Below are positions 26,115-39,845 of a DNA stretch of 64,000 nt, piece by piece. Made by a program: the position numbers and the translations under genes. The stretch spans positions 21,018,001-21,082,000 of the forward strand of contig OX597836.1 in assembly GCA_951406725.2 (NCBI GenBank). The letters run 5' to 3'. How positions within the stretch are numbered: position 1 is the stretch's first letter; the number at the start of each line of letters is the position of its first letter. The notes under the pieces were generated by a model, which saw only the letters and a program-made list of their open reading frames with translations, was not told where the DNA came from and made no database searches. This stretch comes from Octopus vulgaris (Eukaryota).

Positions 26115-26764
26115 AAGTGGTGAGGTGGCAGAATCGTTAGCACATCAGGCAAAATGCTTTGCATCATTTCTTCAGTCTTTATGTTCTGAGTTCAAATTCT
26201 GACAAGGTTGACTTTACTTTTTATCCCTTTCAGGGTTGATAAGATCAATGTAATCGATTTATTCCCTCCTCCAAAATTGCTGGCCTTGTACCTAAATCTG
26301 ATATCATTATAAGGTGATAAGCAGGCAGAATCGTTAACATGCTGGACAAAATGCTCAGCAGTATTTCACCCGTTGCTACGTTCTGAGTTCAAATTCTGCC
26401 AAGGTCGACTTTGCCTTTCATCCTTTTGGAGTTGATAAATTAAGTACCAGTTGAGTACTGGAGTCGATGTAATCGACTGTCCCTCTTCCCTAAATTTCAG
26501 GCCTTATGCCTATAGTAGAAAGGATTATTATTATTATTATTATTATTATTTAGGTGGTGAACTGGCAGAATCACTGTTAAGCTGGAGAAAATGCTTAGTC
26601 ACATTTCATCTGTCCTTATATTCTGAGTTCATATGTAACTGAGATTGAATTTGCCTTACATACTTTCAGAGTCAATAAATTAAATACCAGTCAAACACTG
26701 GGGATGATATAATAAACTAGCCCTGCCCCACCAAATTTCAGGCCTTGTGCTTATAGTAGAAAGG

Positions 26765-26799
<35 letters not shown>

Positions 26800-27600
26800 A
26801 AAGGTGGTGAGCTGGCAGAATTGTTAGCATGCCAGACAAAAAGCCTAGTGATATTTTGTTTGCCACTACATTCTGAGTGCAAAAATGTTCTTTACACTGA
26901 GTTCAAAATCCCACCAAAATAAACTTTGCTTTGAGTTCAAATCCAAGTAAACTTTGTCTTTCAACCTTTCAGGGTCAGTAAAACAAAATATCAAAGTACT
27001 GGAATCAATATAACCAACTTGCCATCTCAACTCAAAATTACTGGTGTTGTGCTAAAATTAACAACAATAATCATCATCAACATCTAGGGTGGTGGAATGG
27101 CAGAGTTGTTAGAACTTCTGAAAAATGTCAATATTTGTTTCATCTCATAGAAATTAATTTTGCCTTTCACCCATTTTTTTTTTTGGGGGGGGGGCAATAA
27201 AATAGAGTACTAGTCAAGTATTGTGGGTAATATAATCAACTAACCCTCTCCCACAAAATTTCTGGCCTTGTACCTATGTTAAAAACAATTATCATCATCA
27301 TCAACATGATAATATAAGGGTGCTGGATTGGTAGAATCAGTAGTACAGTAGACAATGCCTTGTAGTATTAAGCTACATTAAGTTGGTGAGGTGACAGAAT
27401 CATTAGCAAGACAGGTAAAATGCTTTGTGGCATTTTGTCCATATTTGTATTTTGGAGTTCAAATCCCACTGAGGTCGGCTTTGCCTTTCATCCTTTTGGG
27501 GTTGATAAAATAAGCATCAGTTGAGCACAGGCATCAATGTAACCAAATTATCCCCTCCATCAAAATTGCTGGCCTTGTGCTAAAATTTGAAACCAGTATT
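26115..27600 (+). mobile_element. Head-to-tail cluster of about 6-7 family B SINEs
   Basis: Heads (ggtggtgag.tggcagaa) at about 26115, 26311, 26552, 26802, 27088, 27318 and 27385, mostly preceded by (ATT)n tails. Confidence 0.85.
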
Positions 27601-27926
27601 TTATTACATTTGTTTTCATTCTGAGTTCAAATCCTACTGGAATCAAGGATCACACCAGTGTAAATACCTTCTGGTTTTTACATCTGCAGAAAGTCTTGTA
27701 CTCATTTTATCAAATACGTATATGTGTGTGTATATGTGTATGTATATGTGTATCCATGCAAATGTGTGTGTGTAGGTTTGATAGTACAACAAGAAAAATA
27801 GAACTCAAAGCATGAGTATGTATGTCATTTTATTATCTTTACTTGGCAGATTTTCAAAGTGAGTCAAGGGCTGACAATTTCCTGCACGGACACATATCAA
27901 ATAGTTTTAGTGACTATATAAATACC

Positions 27927-28181
27927 TTTATCTTTTACTTGTTTCAGTCATTAGACTACAGCCATGCTAGGACACTACGTTGAAGAATTTCAGTTAAATG
28001 AATTGACACCAGTACTTTCTTTTGCCTTTTAAGTCTGATACTTATTCTATCAATCTCTTTTGTCGAATTGCTAAGTTATGGGGATGTAAATGTACCAGCA
28101 CCAGTTGTCAAACGGTGGTGGGAAGAAACACAGACACAAAGACACACGCACACACAGATATATACATGTGTGTGTGTCTGT

Positions 28182-28238
<57 letters not shown>

Positions 28239-28398
28239 GAAAGGCCTTCTTTCAGTTTCCATCTACCAAATCTACTCATTAGGCTTTTGTTGGCCTGAGG
28301 CTATAGTAAAAAACAATTGCACAAGGTACCATGCAGTGGGACTGTACCCAGAACCATGTGGTTGAGAGGCAAACTTATTACCATACAGCCATGTCTGC
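27927..28398 (-). mobile_element. Family A SINE with internal (TA)n
   Basis: Same head, CORE-like region and tail as the 12118 copy. Confidence 0.85.
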
Positions 28399-28580
28399 AC
28401 ACACACACACACACTTATCATAACCCTTAGAGGTGATGCCCTCAATGTAGTTGCAGTCCAATGACTAACAATAATTTGAGAAAGAACTACTGTAGAGGCG
28501 GGGGAAAAAAAGAAAGAAAAAGGTGTAGCACTTAAGCTTCTGGTGTAGTAGATTTTGACAAATTTAGAACTTTACACATC

Positions 28581-28613
<33 letters not shown>

Positions 28614-28801
28614 ATGCATGTGCAAGCAGGTATATGAGTTCATGTGTGCGAAATAATTATCTTTTTTTTTTTATTTATTGAAATCCATAATTTTTGTAAA
28701 TCAATATGAAAACCAATAATGTCCGATATGTTTGATTCTTCCCTCGGCCACCCCCATCACTATTTCCTGTTGACTTCAACATACTTTCACAACAAGTACA
28801 C

Positions 28802-28832
<31 letters not shown>

Positions 28833-29833
28833 CACACACACACAAACTAATTAAGAAACGAAACAGCTGATAACTAGAAGCTAAATCTACTTTCTTCAAG
28901 CTATACTTCTGAGATGTCTGCAAGCAGCAATTTCATCAACGCCATATTAAAAGTGAAGAATACACCCAAAACTAGAGTTAATAACAAACATTGATCTTTT
29001 ATTGGATTTTCAAATTATAATAATAACAATAATTCATTCTTTTTATCTATATTATATGATTTATACGACATAGCTTTACTGTATAATTATTCATATTCAT
29101 CATCTGTTATTGCTAAAGACAAACACACACATGCATGCATGTATTCATATATATATATATATATGTATGTATGTATATACACACACACATAAAACAAGTG
29201 CAGGCATGGACACATGCTTAAGAAATTTGCTTTGCAGTTATGTGGCTTTGAGTACAGTTTCATTGTGGTGGGGCCTTGAGCAACTGCCTTGCTTGACAAC
29301 TGGTGTTGGTGTGTTTATGTCCCTGTAACTTAGCATTTCGGCAAAAGGGATCGATAGAACAAGTACCAGGCTTACAAAGAATAAGTCTTGGGGACGATTT
29401 CTTCAGCTAAAATCCTTGAAGGTGGAACTCCAGCATGACCACAGTCAAATGACTGAAATGTGTAAAAGAATAAAACAAAAGAGTATATTTATTCCACTTG
29501 TCTTTGAAAGTGCTGGGTGACTGGTTCTAATGTCAACAAGGAATGCAAGCATCATATTACCATTTTGTTTAGGCAGTGATAAGCTAGAATGTGGAGTGTC
29601 ATCATTCATGTACAAAAATACATGTGCATGCATCCACATGCATACATACACATATATACATATTAATACACAAAATGAGCTTTCAAAGGGTTTCCAGCTA
29701 ACAGTTCCACTCACAAGGCATTGTTCAGCCTGCAATAGCACCAGGCTGACCAGTATCTGGGTTTGTGACCTATAACCTAGTTGTGTGATAAATTTAAAAA
29801 GTAAAATTAATTGCTAAAATATACTAAGAAATA

Positions 29834-29886
<53 letters not shown>

Positions 29887-30617
29887 AATAATAATAGTCA
29901 GGTGTTGGTATGATTAACTATAGATCTTTTCAAGGCAGCCCCAGCTTGGCTGTAGCTGAATGAATGAAACATAAGTAAAAGAATAAGCCTTAAGCAGAAT
30001 GGAGCTTTTAGATTAGAAGTTTGTAAAGAAGAAAAATGATGAAATAAAGTTCCCTAATGAGAGAAACAGGGGTATTATCATTGTGATTATTGTTTAGCCT
30101 CAGGTTAGCCCTTACTGATCAAACTCATGATCAAATACATTCCAGTTCTATCTACTCATTCCAATCCTGACTATCCACTCATATTTTACTCAATGTATCT
30201 AAAATCAATGACGATCCAGTTCTGATCATCCACTCATATTTTATTCAGTGTTTCTGAGATTGAGATTAAAAACAATCTGGGCTTTACTCAGTGTATCTAA
30301 GATCAAAGACACTTCAGCCATGACTGTCCTGTCTTATACAGTGTTATCTAGGACTGTATTACTCAATGTCTCCTCCATTTTTCCCCATTGAAGAAGTTTT
30401 ATATTTTACATTGTACATCTTGACAAGTTATACGAATTCTGAATCATCACAATGACTAAGTCTCTTAGCATTAAGTTCAAAAAGAAAATTGATTTATTAT
30501 CAGATTTTCATGAGTGGATGGTCAGATCAATAGGATGGTGGACAATTAGCAGAGAGATCAGTGCTGTATATTCAGCATTTGTACTGTATCCATGGCCAAC
30601 CAAGATACTTTACTTAC

Positions 30618-30633
30618 AAATAGATGGATCCAC
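30618..30633 (-). other. Candidate 16-nt microexon
   Basis: tttttttttcttctccccctgtcttgtgtatttaatttctgtcag|GTGGATCCATCTATTT|gtaagt: long pyrimidine tract and consensus donor, in non-repeat DNA. Confidence 0.4.
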
Positions 30634-32250
30634 CTGACAGAAATTAAATACACAAGACAGGGGGAGAAGAAAAAAAATCTTACTGCCAAAGCAGTGGCAT
30701 TGTGAAATTGATAAGTGGTTTGTTTGTTGGTAATATTTGAGTTCAATTCTACCTGGGTAAGCTAGAAAACAGAACTAGATCCCACTGGTCATACTAAGAA
30801 ATCAGTAAGGCTTATCATCTAGTCATTCTACAACTGAGAAAAATCTGCATTCTTGTAATCATATGACAGCAAGTTGACACAAACGTTAGAGTATTGGAGT
30901 AAAAGGCCTTGCACTTTACATCCTGAGTTCAAATCCTACTGAGGTTAGCTATGCCTTTCATCCCACTGAAGTCAATAAGGTACATTACCACTCAAGTAGT
31001 AGAGTTCATAGTATTGACTAACTCTCTCACCATAAAAATTGCTAGCCTTGTACCAAAATTAGGAACAATTATTATTTGGAGCAGTGAAAAAAAAATGCCT
31101 TGCAGTATTTGTTCTGGCTCTTTACATCCAGAGTTCAATTCTACCAAGGTCAACTTTGCCTTTCATCCTTCTGGGGTCAATAAATAAAGTACCAGTCAAG
31201 TACAAGGGGGTGATAAAATCAATTACCAATTAAGTACAGGTGGGTGAAAAGTAAAGTACCTACCCAGTACCGGAAGTGATAAAGCACCTGTCAGGTACTG
31301 GGATCAATGTAACTGATTAATTCCCTCCCTTCATTATTATTTTCTTTTTCGCTGTTTCATGAAAATCTCAAGTGCTAATCTGCAAATCATAAAAGAGACT
31401 GATACTGAGCATTTCTTTCTTCTGCTAGTATTTCTGTATTTCTGTTATTGTCCAGATCACATTATTATAGAATGAAAACGCAACAATAGAAACAGCTGTA
31501 AAGAACTTCCTGATTCTCCTTATGATATAAAAGACCAACATTAAGTTACCCACTTAGACATTCCATTCATTAGTCAAAATGGAAAGAAGCAAGAAGGAAA
31601 AGAAAAGATAAAAAAAGACAACAATACCACTCTATGAACTGGAAAATGTATCTGTATTCATATTAATTAACTTTCATTAATATTTCATCTTATAGAATTA
31701 ACAAAATTTGAAATTTATCACCTTGACAGAGGAGGGTCAAATTTACTTAATCTGTATTAAACAAAATTAAAACAAATTTTAAAAAAAAAACAAACAAAAA
31801 GAAATTTTCTTTTTTATAAATTACACAATTTAAAGTTTAATGGAGAAGAACAACAACATTAATGTAGTTAATAATTGCATTTTAAATTATTATTGATTTG
31901 AATTATTACATTTTGAACACTCCAGTATCTCCAGTTTGGTATTATCATCATTTTATCATTTATGTTGTGATTATTCTTCAATGCCTGGAATTTGCTAAAT
32001 TGATCTCTATATATTGACTTTACAGAGGTTGAGAGGTGGGTGGTGATATATTGTGCCCCAACCATCTTCCTTTCTGAAGCAGAAAACAAGAGTTCAACCA
32101 ACCCAGCTACTGCCTAAAACCCACTTTCCATATGTAGTTGAAAAATTCAGGATTGCCCCCATTAAAAATGATTTAATGAAAGGTGAATCTAGGAAAGATG
32201 TAAAGATGCAGGAGCAAAGGTAAGTAGATGTATGTTATGTATAAAAGGTA

Positions 32251-33392
32251 CCGTATTTTCCAGCATACAAGTCGATGTAGTCTAACATGCAAACATTGTC
32301 ACTCTCTTTCCAAATCATGCTGTATTTCACATGAAATTTTTTGGTCCTCCAAAGTCATTTTGATGAATTCCAGCATTACTTAATCATATTTCAAAGTAAG
32401 ACTTAGATGGAAAATATTAAAAAATTTCAAATAGACCAGGTTTCTTTGATTTATATCTCCTTTGATTAAAACTCCTTTGATTTATATCTCAAAAACCCAA
32501 GCTAGGGTAACCATTTATCCAAGCAATGAACTGAAAAGGGTGGCATGACATAATCACTCATTTTTGCCTGGGTTTTCAAGGGATCATGAGAATTCGATCT
32601 TTGCTGTGATTTTGCTTTTCATGATAAGACAAACTGTCCTTGCAAGAATAAAGTAACATCAGCAAATTATTTTGTGATTGATTTTAGCACACTTTATCAA
32701 AAGCTGTGGACAAAAGAGCCGGTGTTACATAATCACTTACACTTTGTCACATGGTTACTTTTCTGAAACTGAACCAAAAATGAACTGACAGATCTAAGCA
32801 AAAAAAATCAAAAAAGACATTTTTTCTCTTTGATTCATGTCTAGAACTTTCAATAAAAGAACAAAAGAATTTTGTAATCTTATAGTTAAAATAAACCCAC
32901 GCTGAAATAATAGCTTTGTACAGAAATATCTAACCTAGAGAAAGTGGTTTTTGTGTTACATAATCACATCATATACTTGGTTTGTTAAAAAGAGATGTAT
33001 AGACTAAAAGTGAAATACTTCAGATAGTTAGTTTAAATATATTTTTGAAAAACTTGATGTATGCTCTTTCCTGTTGACCAATTATTGATACCCTTAACTT
33101 TTACATAATATACTGCCACTAATTTGAAATTTTCCAAAGTTTCTTAAAAAAAAAGATTTCCAGCTTAGAAAGAAAGGCCTCAGACTAAAAAGTCCCATAG
33201 AAAGACCCAAAATATTTTTTTGGAAGTAATTTCACAATTCTGAGGTTATTCAAAGACAAACTCAAGAGAAAATGACATCAGAGTTAGTTTTGCTGCTAAG
33301 GCTCACTGACAATCCTAAGGAATTCAGTTCTTGGTGTGTGATTGATCGACTTTATTTTCACTGTAATTTGATTTGTATGTTAGAAAATACTG
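32251..33392. mobile_element. Non-autonomous TA-flanked DNA transposon (Tc1/mariner/pogo-type ends)
   Basis: TA|ccgtattttccagcatacaa ... ttgtatgttagaaaatactg|TA, with TIRs 17/20 identical. Internal repeated motif acataatcac. Confidence 0.65.
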
Positions 33393-33844
33393 TACAATAG
33401 AGAGGAATCTCAGTTAAAGTCCTCACAGGAAAAAAAACTCAGACACATATTCTTTTGGGATGGATGAAGTAGATGTATTTTTGACAGAGAAATGGATAGA
33501 GGAATTAAGTAGTCAGAGTATGTGACAGAATAATTAAGTTTAGATAAGTCATGGGTGATATAACAAACGTTATCTCTACATGTGCACCACAAACAAGACT
33601 GACTGATCAATAAAATAACTTGTTTCTAGAAATCTTTCCTGCAAACTAACTTGATGACAAATAATAGCAAGCTATCATGTTATCATGGCAGGCAATTTAG
33701 TGGACACTTTGAGACGCATGACAATCTCAACAAAAACAGTATGGAAGCTAAAAGATTTTTTGGCTAGACAAAGGTTTAAATTAGTACTAGTTGACACATT
33801 TTTCAAGAAAAGGAGATAGAGACATAACAAAGAGGAGTTATAAA

Positions 33845-34260
33845 AACTAGGGGTTTCTGTTAGGCAACCTGTTGTGAGTTACAGGCTAGATCTGGGAATG
33901 GAGCAATGTTCCACCAAAACATTAGGTGACATGGTGGTGGAGTGGTGCAATGGACAGAGCCATAGACACTAAAAGACAAACCAAGAAAGAGTGGAAGAAT
34001 GCAAGTCAACAAGCACCATATCAAACAGTTAGAAGAAAACTTGGAAATGAGGGTATATGTAAAAAGGGGAGAAGCTGAAAATAAGTTTATCAATGTTCTG
34101 TGATGAGAGAGTGAGGTGTACCAGATGCAAAGCAGTGAGGATGGTGATGCTGTTGAGAAGAACGTTACACAGAAATGTTTCTATGAAAGTTCACTGAATG
34201 AGGAGAATGCATGAGAGAGAGACAAGCTGAAGACCCAATGAAAGAAACAGTTTATTGATA
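33845..34260 (+). mobile_element. Decayed RTE-clade LINE fragment (EN-RT linker)
   Basis: Translates VTWWWSGAMDRAIDTKRQTKKEWKN..VYVKRGEAENKFINVL. The TWWW motif is typical of RTE linkers. Confidence 0.75.
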
Positions 34261-35740
34261 TCAACAGTTATATGTGTATGTTGTTGCTTAAACTGGTAGA
34301 TAAGTTATGGTGCCTGAGTAACACAGTGCCAAGAAGATGGCTAATGGAAAGCACAGAGTGCCTAGAAGTAGAGGAGACATTAAAAGAACTTTCAAGAATT
34401 ACAAAGTGTCAGTGCAAAGATGTAGTCTCACTATACAAAGGACAGCGAGTATCAAACATGTGATGCCAAATGGCTGTGAAATAAGAATTGACCACAAAGG
34501 ATAAGGATGAAAGAGGGGGTGCAAATGTTTGTAACATGTGGTTAACATTAGGTGCAGATATAGGTGTGTTGGTTTCACAACTACATAGTCCCAAGTTCAG
34601 TACTAATGTGATAAGCATTTTCAAACATTGTCTAAGGTCAAACAAAGCCATCTGACATCAGATAGTTTGAAACTGTGTAAGCCTGTCAGATGAAGTGCTT
34701 TCATTCTTGGGTGGTAGACCTTATCTATCGCTCAATTTAATACCAACACAGCTCATGGTTTCTTCCTTTCTTTTCATATCAACAGGGATTCTGCAAAAAC
34801 TCATGGATACTGATCTTCCTTCTCTGACTAAACTACAACACAATAAATATTTGAATTGCAGAAGAAAGTTTTTCTTTTCTATATTTTAGCCAGAAAGGCC
34901 CTCTCTGAGACTACAAACTGGTGAGGGTAAAGGAGGAAGGTGTCCTCATATCAGAGATCCATTATGAGTCCTTATAAATGAGGGACTCTACTAAAGGCAC
35001 CCAAGGTACTGGGTGTTGATGTTAAACTGGGAAACTAATTAAGTCTACCACCCAAATAAGCCAGGGAGGGATTTGAACATAGAACAAATACCACAAGGCA
35101 TTTGATCCAACAGCCATACTGTTATGCCAATCTACTACCCTTCAATGATAGTTTTTTCATCAACCTACACAAAAAATGAAAAGTTAAATTGACTTCAGTA
35201 GGATTTGATCTTGCGCCACAGAGAGTCAGAACAAATGCTGTAAAGCACTTTATCCAACACTTCTGCAACTCTACTAATTCACTGCTATACTAATGGTCCA
35301 TCTTAAAAATTTATGACATAAATACATTCTGATAGTGGCCACAAACAAGAGCTGCCAATGAGATTTTAGAGGAAACTCCCAGATCAGGTTTGAGGGAAAA
35401 AAACAGATTATAAAAATATCAAATTTAAATAGAAATATAAACATATAGCATCATTAAACATGGATGATTTGTTGGGTGCACAGATGATGCATCAAACACA
35501 TTGCTAGATCTGTACAGAAGAGATGATTACATTGATATGGATTTGTAATGTAAATGAATCATGCATGCATTCAAATTGGTCTTGTATCAAAAAGTGATAC
35601 GTAATAAATAAATGGTAGAAGTTAGTAGTATTTTGAAATAAAATAAGTATTAACAAGTGAAGAAATTGTTTGGGAAGAATTTGGACAGATTTACAATCCA
35701 ACATGTTTGTATTCATTTTGATTTTTTTTCTCAGGTTATA

Positions 35741-35765
35741 TCATACCTGAAACTAAAATATTAAC
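35741..35765 (-). promoter_or_regulatory. Second candidate recursive splice site
   Basis: Minus strand reads gttgttaatattttagtttCAG|GTATGA, with the junction at 35747/35746. Confidence 0.3.
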
Positions 35766-36148
35766 AACTCCTACTTATTGTAAGCTCTTTTGGTTCAAAA
35801 CCAACTTTCATAATATTCCTTTTTGTTTAAATATATTGTGCATGTATATAAATATATAGACACACACACACACGAATCAGCACACATAAACACACACACA
35901 AAATACATATAAGCAGACATATACACAAAGATGTATAAATGTGCATGAACACTTACAGAAAAAGCTAAATATATATCTATATCTATCTATACACATATAC
36001 ACTCATGTACTGAGTTTTATTTCTCCTGTTTGTCCTACCAAATGCACATAAAACAGGGAGCAAGATTATGATGGCTATATATTATTTATACTTCTGAGTA
36101 TTATTAACAATGATTATCCCAGGTTTTACTAAAACTGTCAACTATCCA

Positions 36149-36196
<48 letters not shown>

Positions 36197-36200
<4 letters not shown>

Positions 36201-36400
36201 TAATCCAAACAAGAAAACAAAAAGACAACAACGCGAGGATGTGGAACAAATAAAGTATTATTGGACGCTCAGGAAAGAAGGGAAGAAGGAGGGTATGACG
36301 TTTCGAGCGGAGCTCTTCGTCGGAAACATAGGAGAAAGAAAGATCCTGAGGTGGGAGGACAGAGGGGAAAAAAATGCAAGTGGTCTTCACGAGGTCACAT
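36197..36400 (-). mobile_element. Short Penelope-like (pLTR-type) element with minimal hammerhead variant
   Basis: Minus strand CCGACGA-A-GAGC-UCC-GCUC-GAAA-CGUC at 36293-36330. Abuts (TA)n and shares gctcaggaa/gtatta motifs with the 40471 element. Confidence 0.65.
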
Positions 36401-36459
36401 ATATATAAAATATTAGAAAACTTGTAAGTTTGGATTTTATTCCCTCAAATAATAATTAT

Positions 36460-36514
<55 letters not shown>

Positions 36515-36515
<1 letters not shown>

Positions 36516-37026
36516 TAGCAGTATCGCCCGGCGTTGCTCGGGTTTGTAAGGGAAATAACTATATAAGCTTTTTTAGAGAGTTACTTCCCTTATAGATGCC
36601 GATTCGGGCTTTCTTAGCCATTTCTGTTTTGGTGTCTTCAAGCCATCAAGTCGTTGTTCTAAAAGAACGCTGGTCTCCTTGACAACGCTTTACGACGTTG
36701 ATTTCCTTACACTCCCTTTCCCACAGCTTCACGAGGGAGGGAAGAAGGGGGAGAAGCAAACAGGTGCAGGTGTGACCATGGACGCCAACTCCGCCGCCAT
36801 CAAGACACAAAAATTATGCATTAAAATGGAATAAAAAATGATGTTAAATTATTTTTAAAATCGTAGACTCATCGTAGACGCGCGTTAATACTCAGACGGG
36901 CTCGATATGAATCACGACTATAAGATACCCGAATTTGGTTAAACTGCACCACAAAATGTGGGAGTAGTTAGGAATCTAAATCGAAGGGGACAGACACTCA
37001 CACAACTACAGTTTTATATATACAGA
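36515..37026 (-). mobile_element. Non-autonomous Helitron
   Basis: Minus strand has A|TC at the 5' end (37026), a 3' hairpin cccgagcaacgccggg (36527-36542) and a CTAG|T terminus (36515-36518). No TSD, CpG-rich, inserted at (TA)n. Confidence 0.9.
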
Positions 37027-37944
37027 TATATAATTATATGCACATACATAACAGTTAAATAATTAAATATCAGGCATAAAACAAAATTTATTTGATTCAT
37101 GTAACTAAAACGTAAAAGAAAGCAGAGCCTCAAACACTGTAGATATCCAGAAACAATAGTTAATCACTTCACGAACAATCTCTTTTGTTTTTCATGTCAA
37201 ACATAACATTATTGTGTTTCTGCGATATATTACAGATATGCATCAAATAAAACTTGCCTTCTTCCCTACAACCACCACCACCACCACCATCATCACCACC
37301 TGCCTCCTTCAATTACAACTCTCAGACACTAATAATGTATTTAAAACATAAATAGAATAAAATAAAAATTAAATAAAATCAAAATGAAATACTAAATTAT
37401 TCCCTTTCTAATCATCTTCTCTAGTCACAAAGCATGCACAGATAAAAACATTTAGCTTTCAGAAACACTAGAGTCGGGGAGATTAAGATGAGAATTATAA
37501 AATGTAACTTTCTGTAAAGAACTGGTAAGCTGATCTAGTCCAACTAACCAACCAATGATCTGGCAACACCAAAATAAGGTGAGCTTGATGATAATTTTCT
37601 TTTATTTTATTTTATTATTTATTCATTTTATATATATATCTCGATTTTTTTTTTTTTTTAAACCAAAAAGAATCACAAACAAGTAACTGAAATACAAAAC
37701 AGACCAACATTGGAATAGTTGCATGCCAAAACTTGTGCAGTCTAGCTCACTAATACGATCCAACTACTTAGAGCACAGGCTTACTACAGTTAGATGAAAT
37801 ATCAAGATGGAGATGCAGTTTTATTGATTTCTGGGGGATGATATTCAACTAGGAAACAAATGTGTGCCTGAAGAATTTCAACGTGGCAAGGTCATTTCGC
37901 ATGCTTAATCCTATTCTCAGAGTCGTGTGTGTGTGTATGTGTGT

Positions 37945-37976
<32 letters not shown>

Positions 37977-39845
37977 GACAAAGAGAAGGAGAATGAGAGT
38001 GGTGGGGATGAGTAGATCCCATGGCATGGATCATTGTTTAAGTCTTATCTCCTTGGTTACAGATACTTTTCATCTGTCTCAAAGAAGGTGTTAGTCTCGT
38101 GTCAGAGTTTTAAGTATTGGATAATCATCTGACTGTGCTACAAGATAATTGCTTTGAACTTTTATTTATTTTATACTTGTTTATGCTTCCCAATCATGTC
38201 ATTTAGACATCTTTCTCTCTATCTTGTTTCAATATGGACCTACACCTTTTAGCAATATGGCATGATCCAGTGAGGGCGTTTTCATTTCAGTAGCTCAACC
38301 TATTAAAAACAGCAGTTAAATCTACCCAAAATTACACGCTACCATCTTTAAAGAAAAGAACATATTGGACAGTGTTGTTCAAGATACACAATGCCTGAAA
38401 AAAAAACTAAATAAACTGGGGTGTTCATGACCTTTGATCATGTTTGCTCAACCAGGGCTGACTTAGGGTTAATTAACAACAGCAGCAGAAATATGGCACA
38501 AACCCATTTTTCTCCATAAAAATAAATAATTGTAAAACTATTCCTTTTCCCATCTTTTTCAGAATCACACTTTCAATCTTCATCATTCATTTTACATTGA
38601 TTTTTTTTTTATGCCAGCATGGATGAGATGAATACATTTTACCTAGGTACTGTTTTTATAGATGGAAACCTTTTCTGTTGTTAACAGTACAGTGCTAACA
38701 GATGGTTTGTTGATAGGGAATGTAACAAGAAACTTAATTTGAAGTTCAAGGTTTTTTCCATGCTAAGCACATAGAACATAAACATTCACAGACACATACA
38801 TGTGCACACACATATATACATACACTAACACATAAAATATATATATATATATATATATATTCAGCAGAGAGGAACTTTTTTTCAAAGCTTTTGGTGGCAT
38901 TAAGAATTCAAACATATCTGGGGTATGGCCTTGAAAAGTTTTTAGTAAAATGAATCAATCCCACTACTTAAATCTGGTATTTATTTTATCATTCTCTTTC
39001 GCTAAACTGCTAAGTTACAATACCAACACTGGATGTCAAGCAGGGAGGTGGGGACAAATAGACTCAGACACATACTCACACACACCACAATAGGTTTCTT
39101 TCAGTTTCTGTCTATCAAATTCACTGACAAGGCATTGGTTGGCCTGAAACTACAGTAGAAGACATTTGCCAAGGGTGTAAGAAAGGACAGTGAGGAGTGA
39201 AAAAAGGGTCTAAACTCATTTTAGATGGAAATGGGAAAAGATTCAAAAATTTTAGTCCACCTGGAGGTGTGCAGGGTTAAAAATAAAACCCTATAATATA
39301 TTATTGAAGAGATATCCACTTAATCACTGTTATCATCATCATCATCATCATGAAAGTGAAGACTGATAAATTCTTTACAATATTTTACATGCATAATCTG
39401 GCAGAATTGTCAGCATGCCAGGCAAAATGCTTAGCACTATTTCATTTGTCTTTATGTTCTGAGTTCAAATCTCACTAAGGTCAGCTCTATCTTTCATTCT
39501 TTCTGGGTTGATAAAATAAGTATCAGTTGAACACTGGGGTCGATGTAACTGACTTACCCCACTCTCCAAAATTGCTGGAGTGGTTGGAATCAGAAAGGAC
39601 ATTCAGCCTTAGAAACCAAGCTAAAAACAAATTGGAATGTTGTGCAGCTCTCTGGCTTACCATTTCCAGACAAACCATCTAACCCATGCCAGCATAGAAA
39701 ACAGATGATGATGATGATGAATATTCTACATGCATGTTTTATTTCTAATGCTATATGCTATCATCACCAAAAACTGATTTACAAAAAGTAAAAATTTCTA
39801 AGCCTAATTATAGATGAGGTTTAACATTTAACTCTTTCACTTTAG

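Noticed and set aside
28467-28540. 20-nt microexon candidate
   Set aside because: The acceptor is strong, but the donor lies in a SINE tail remnant.
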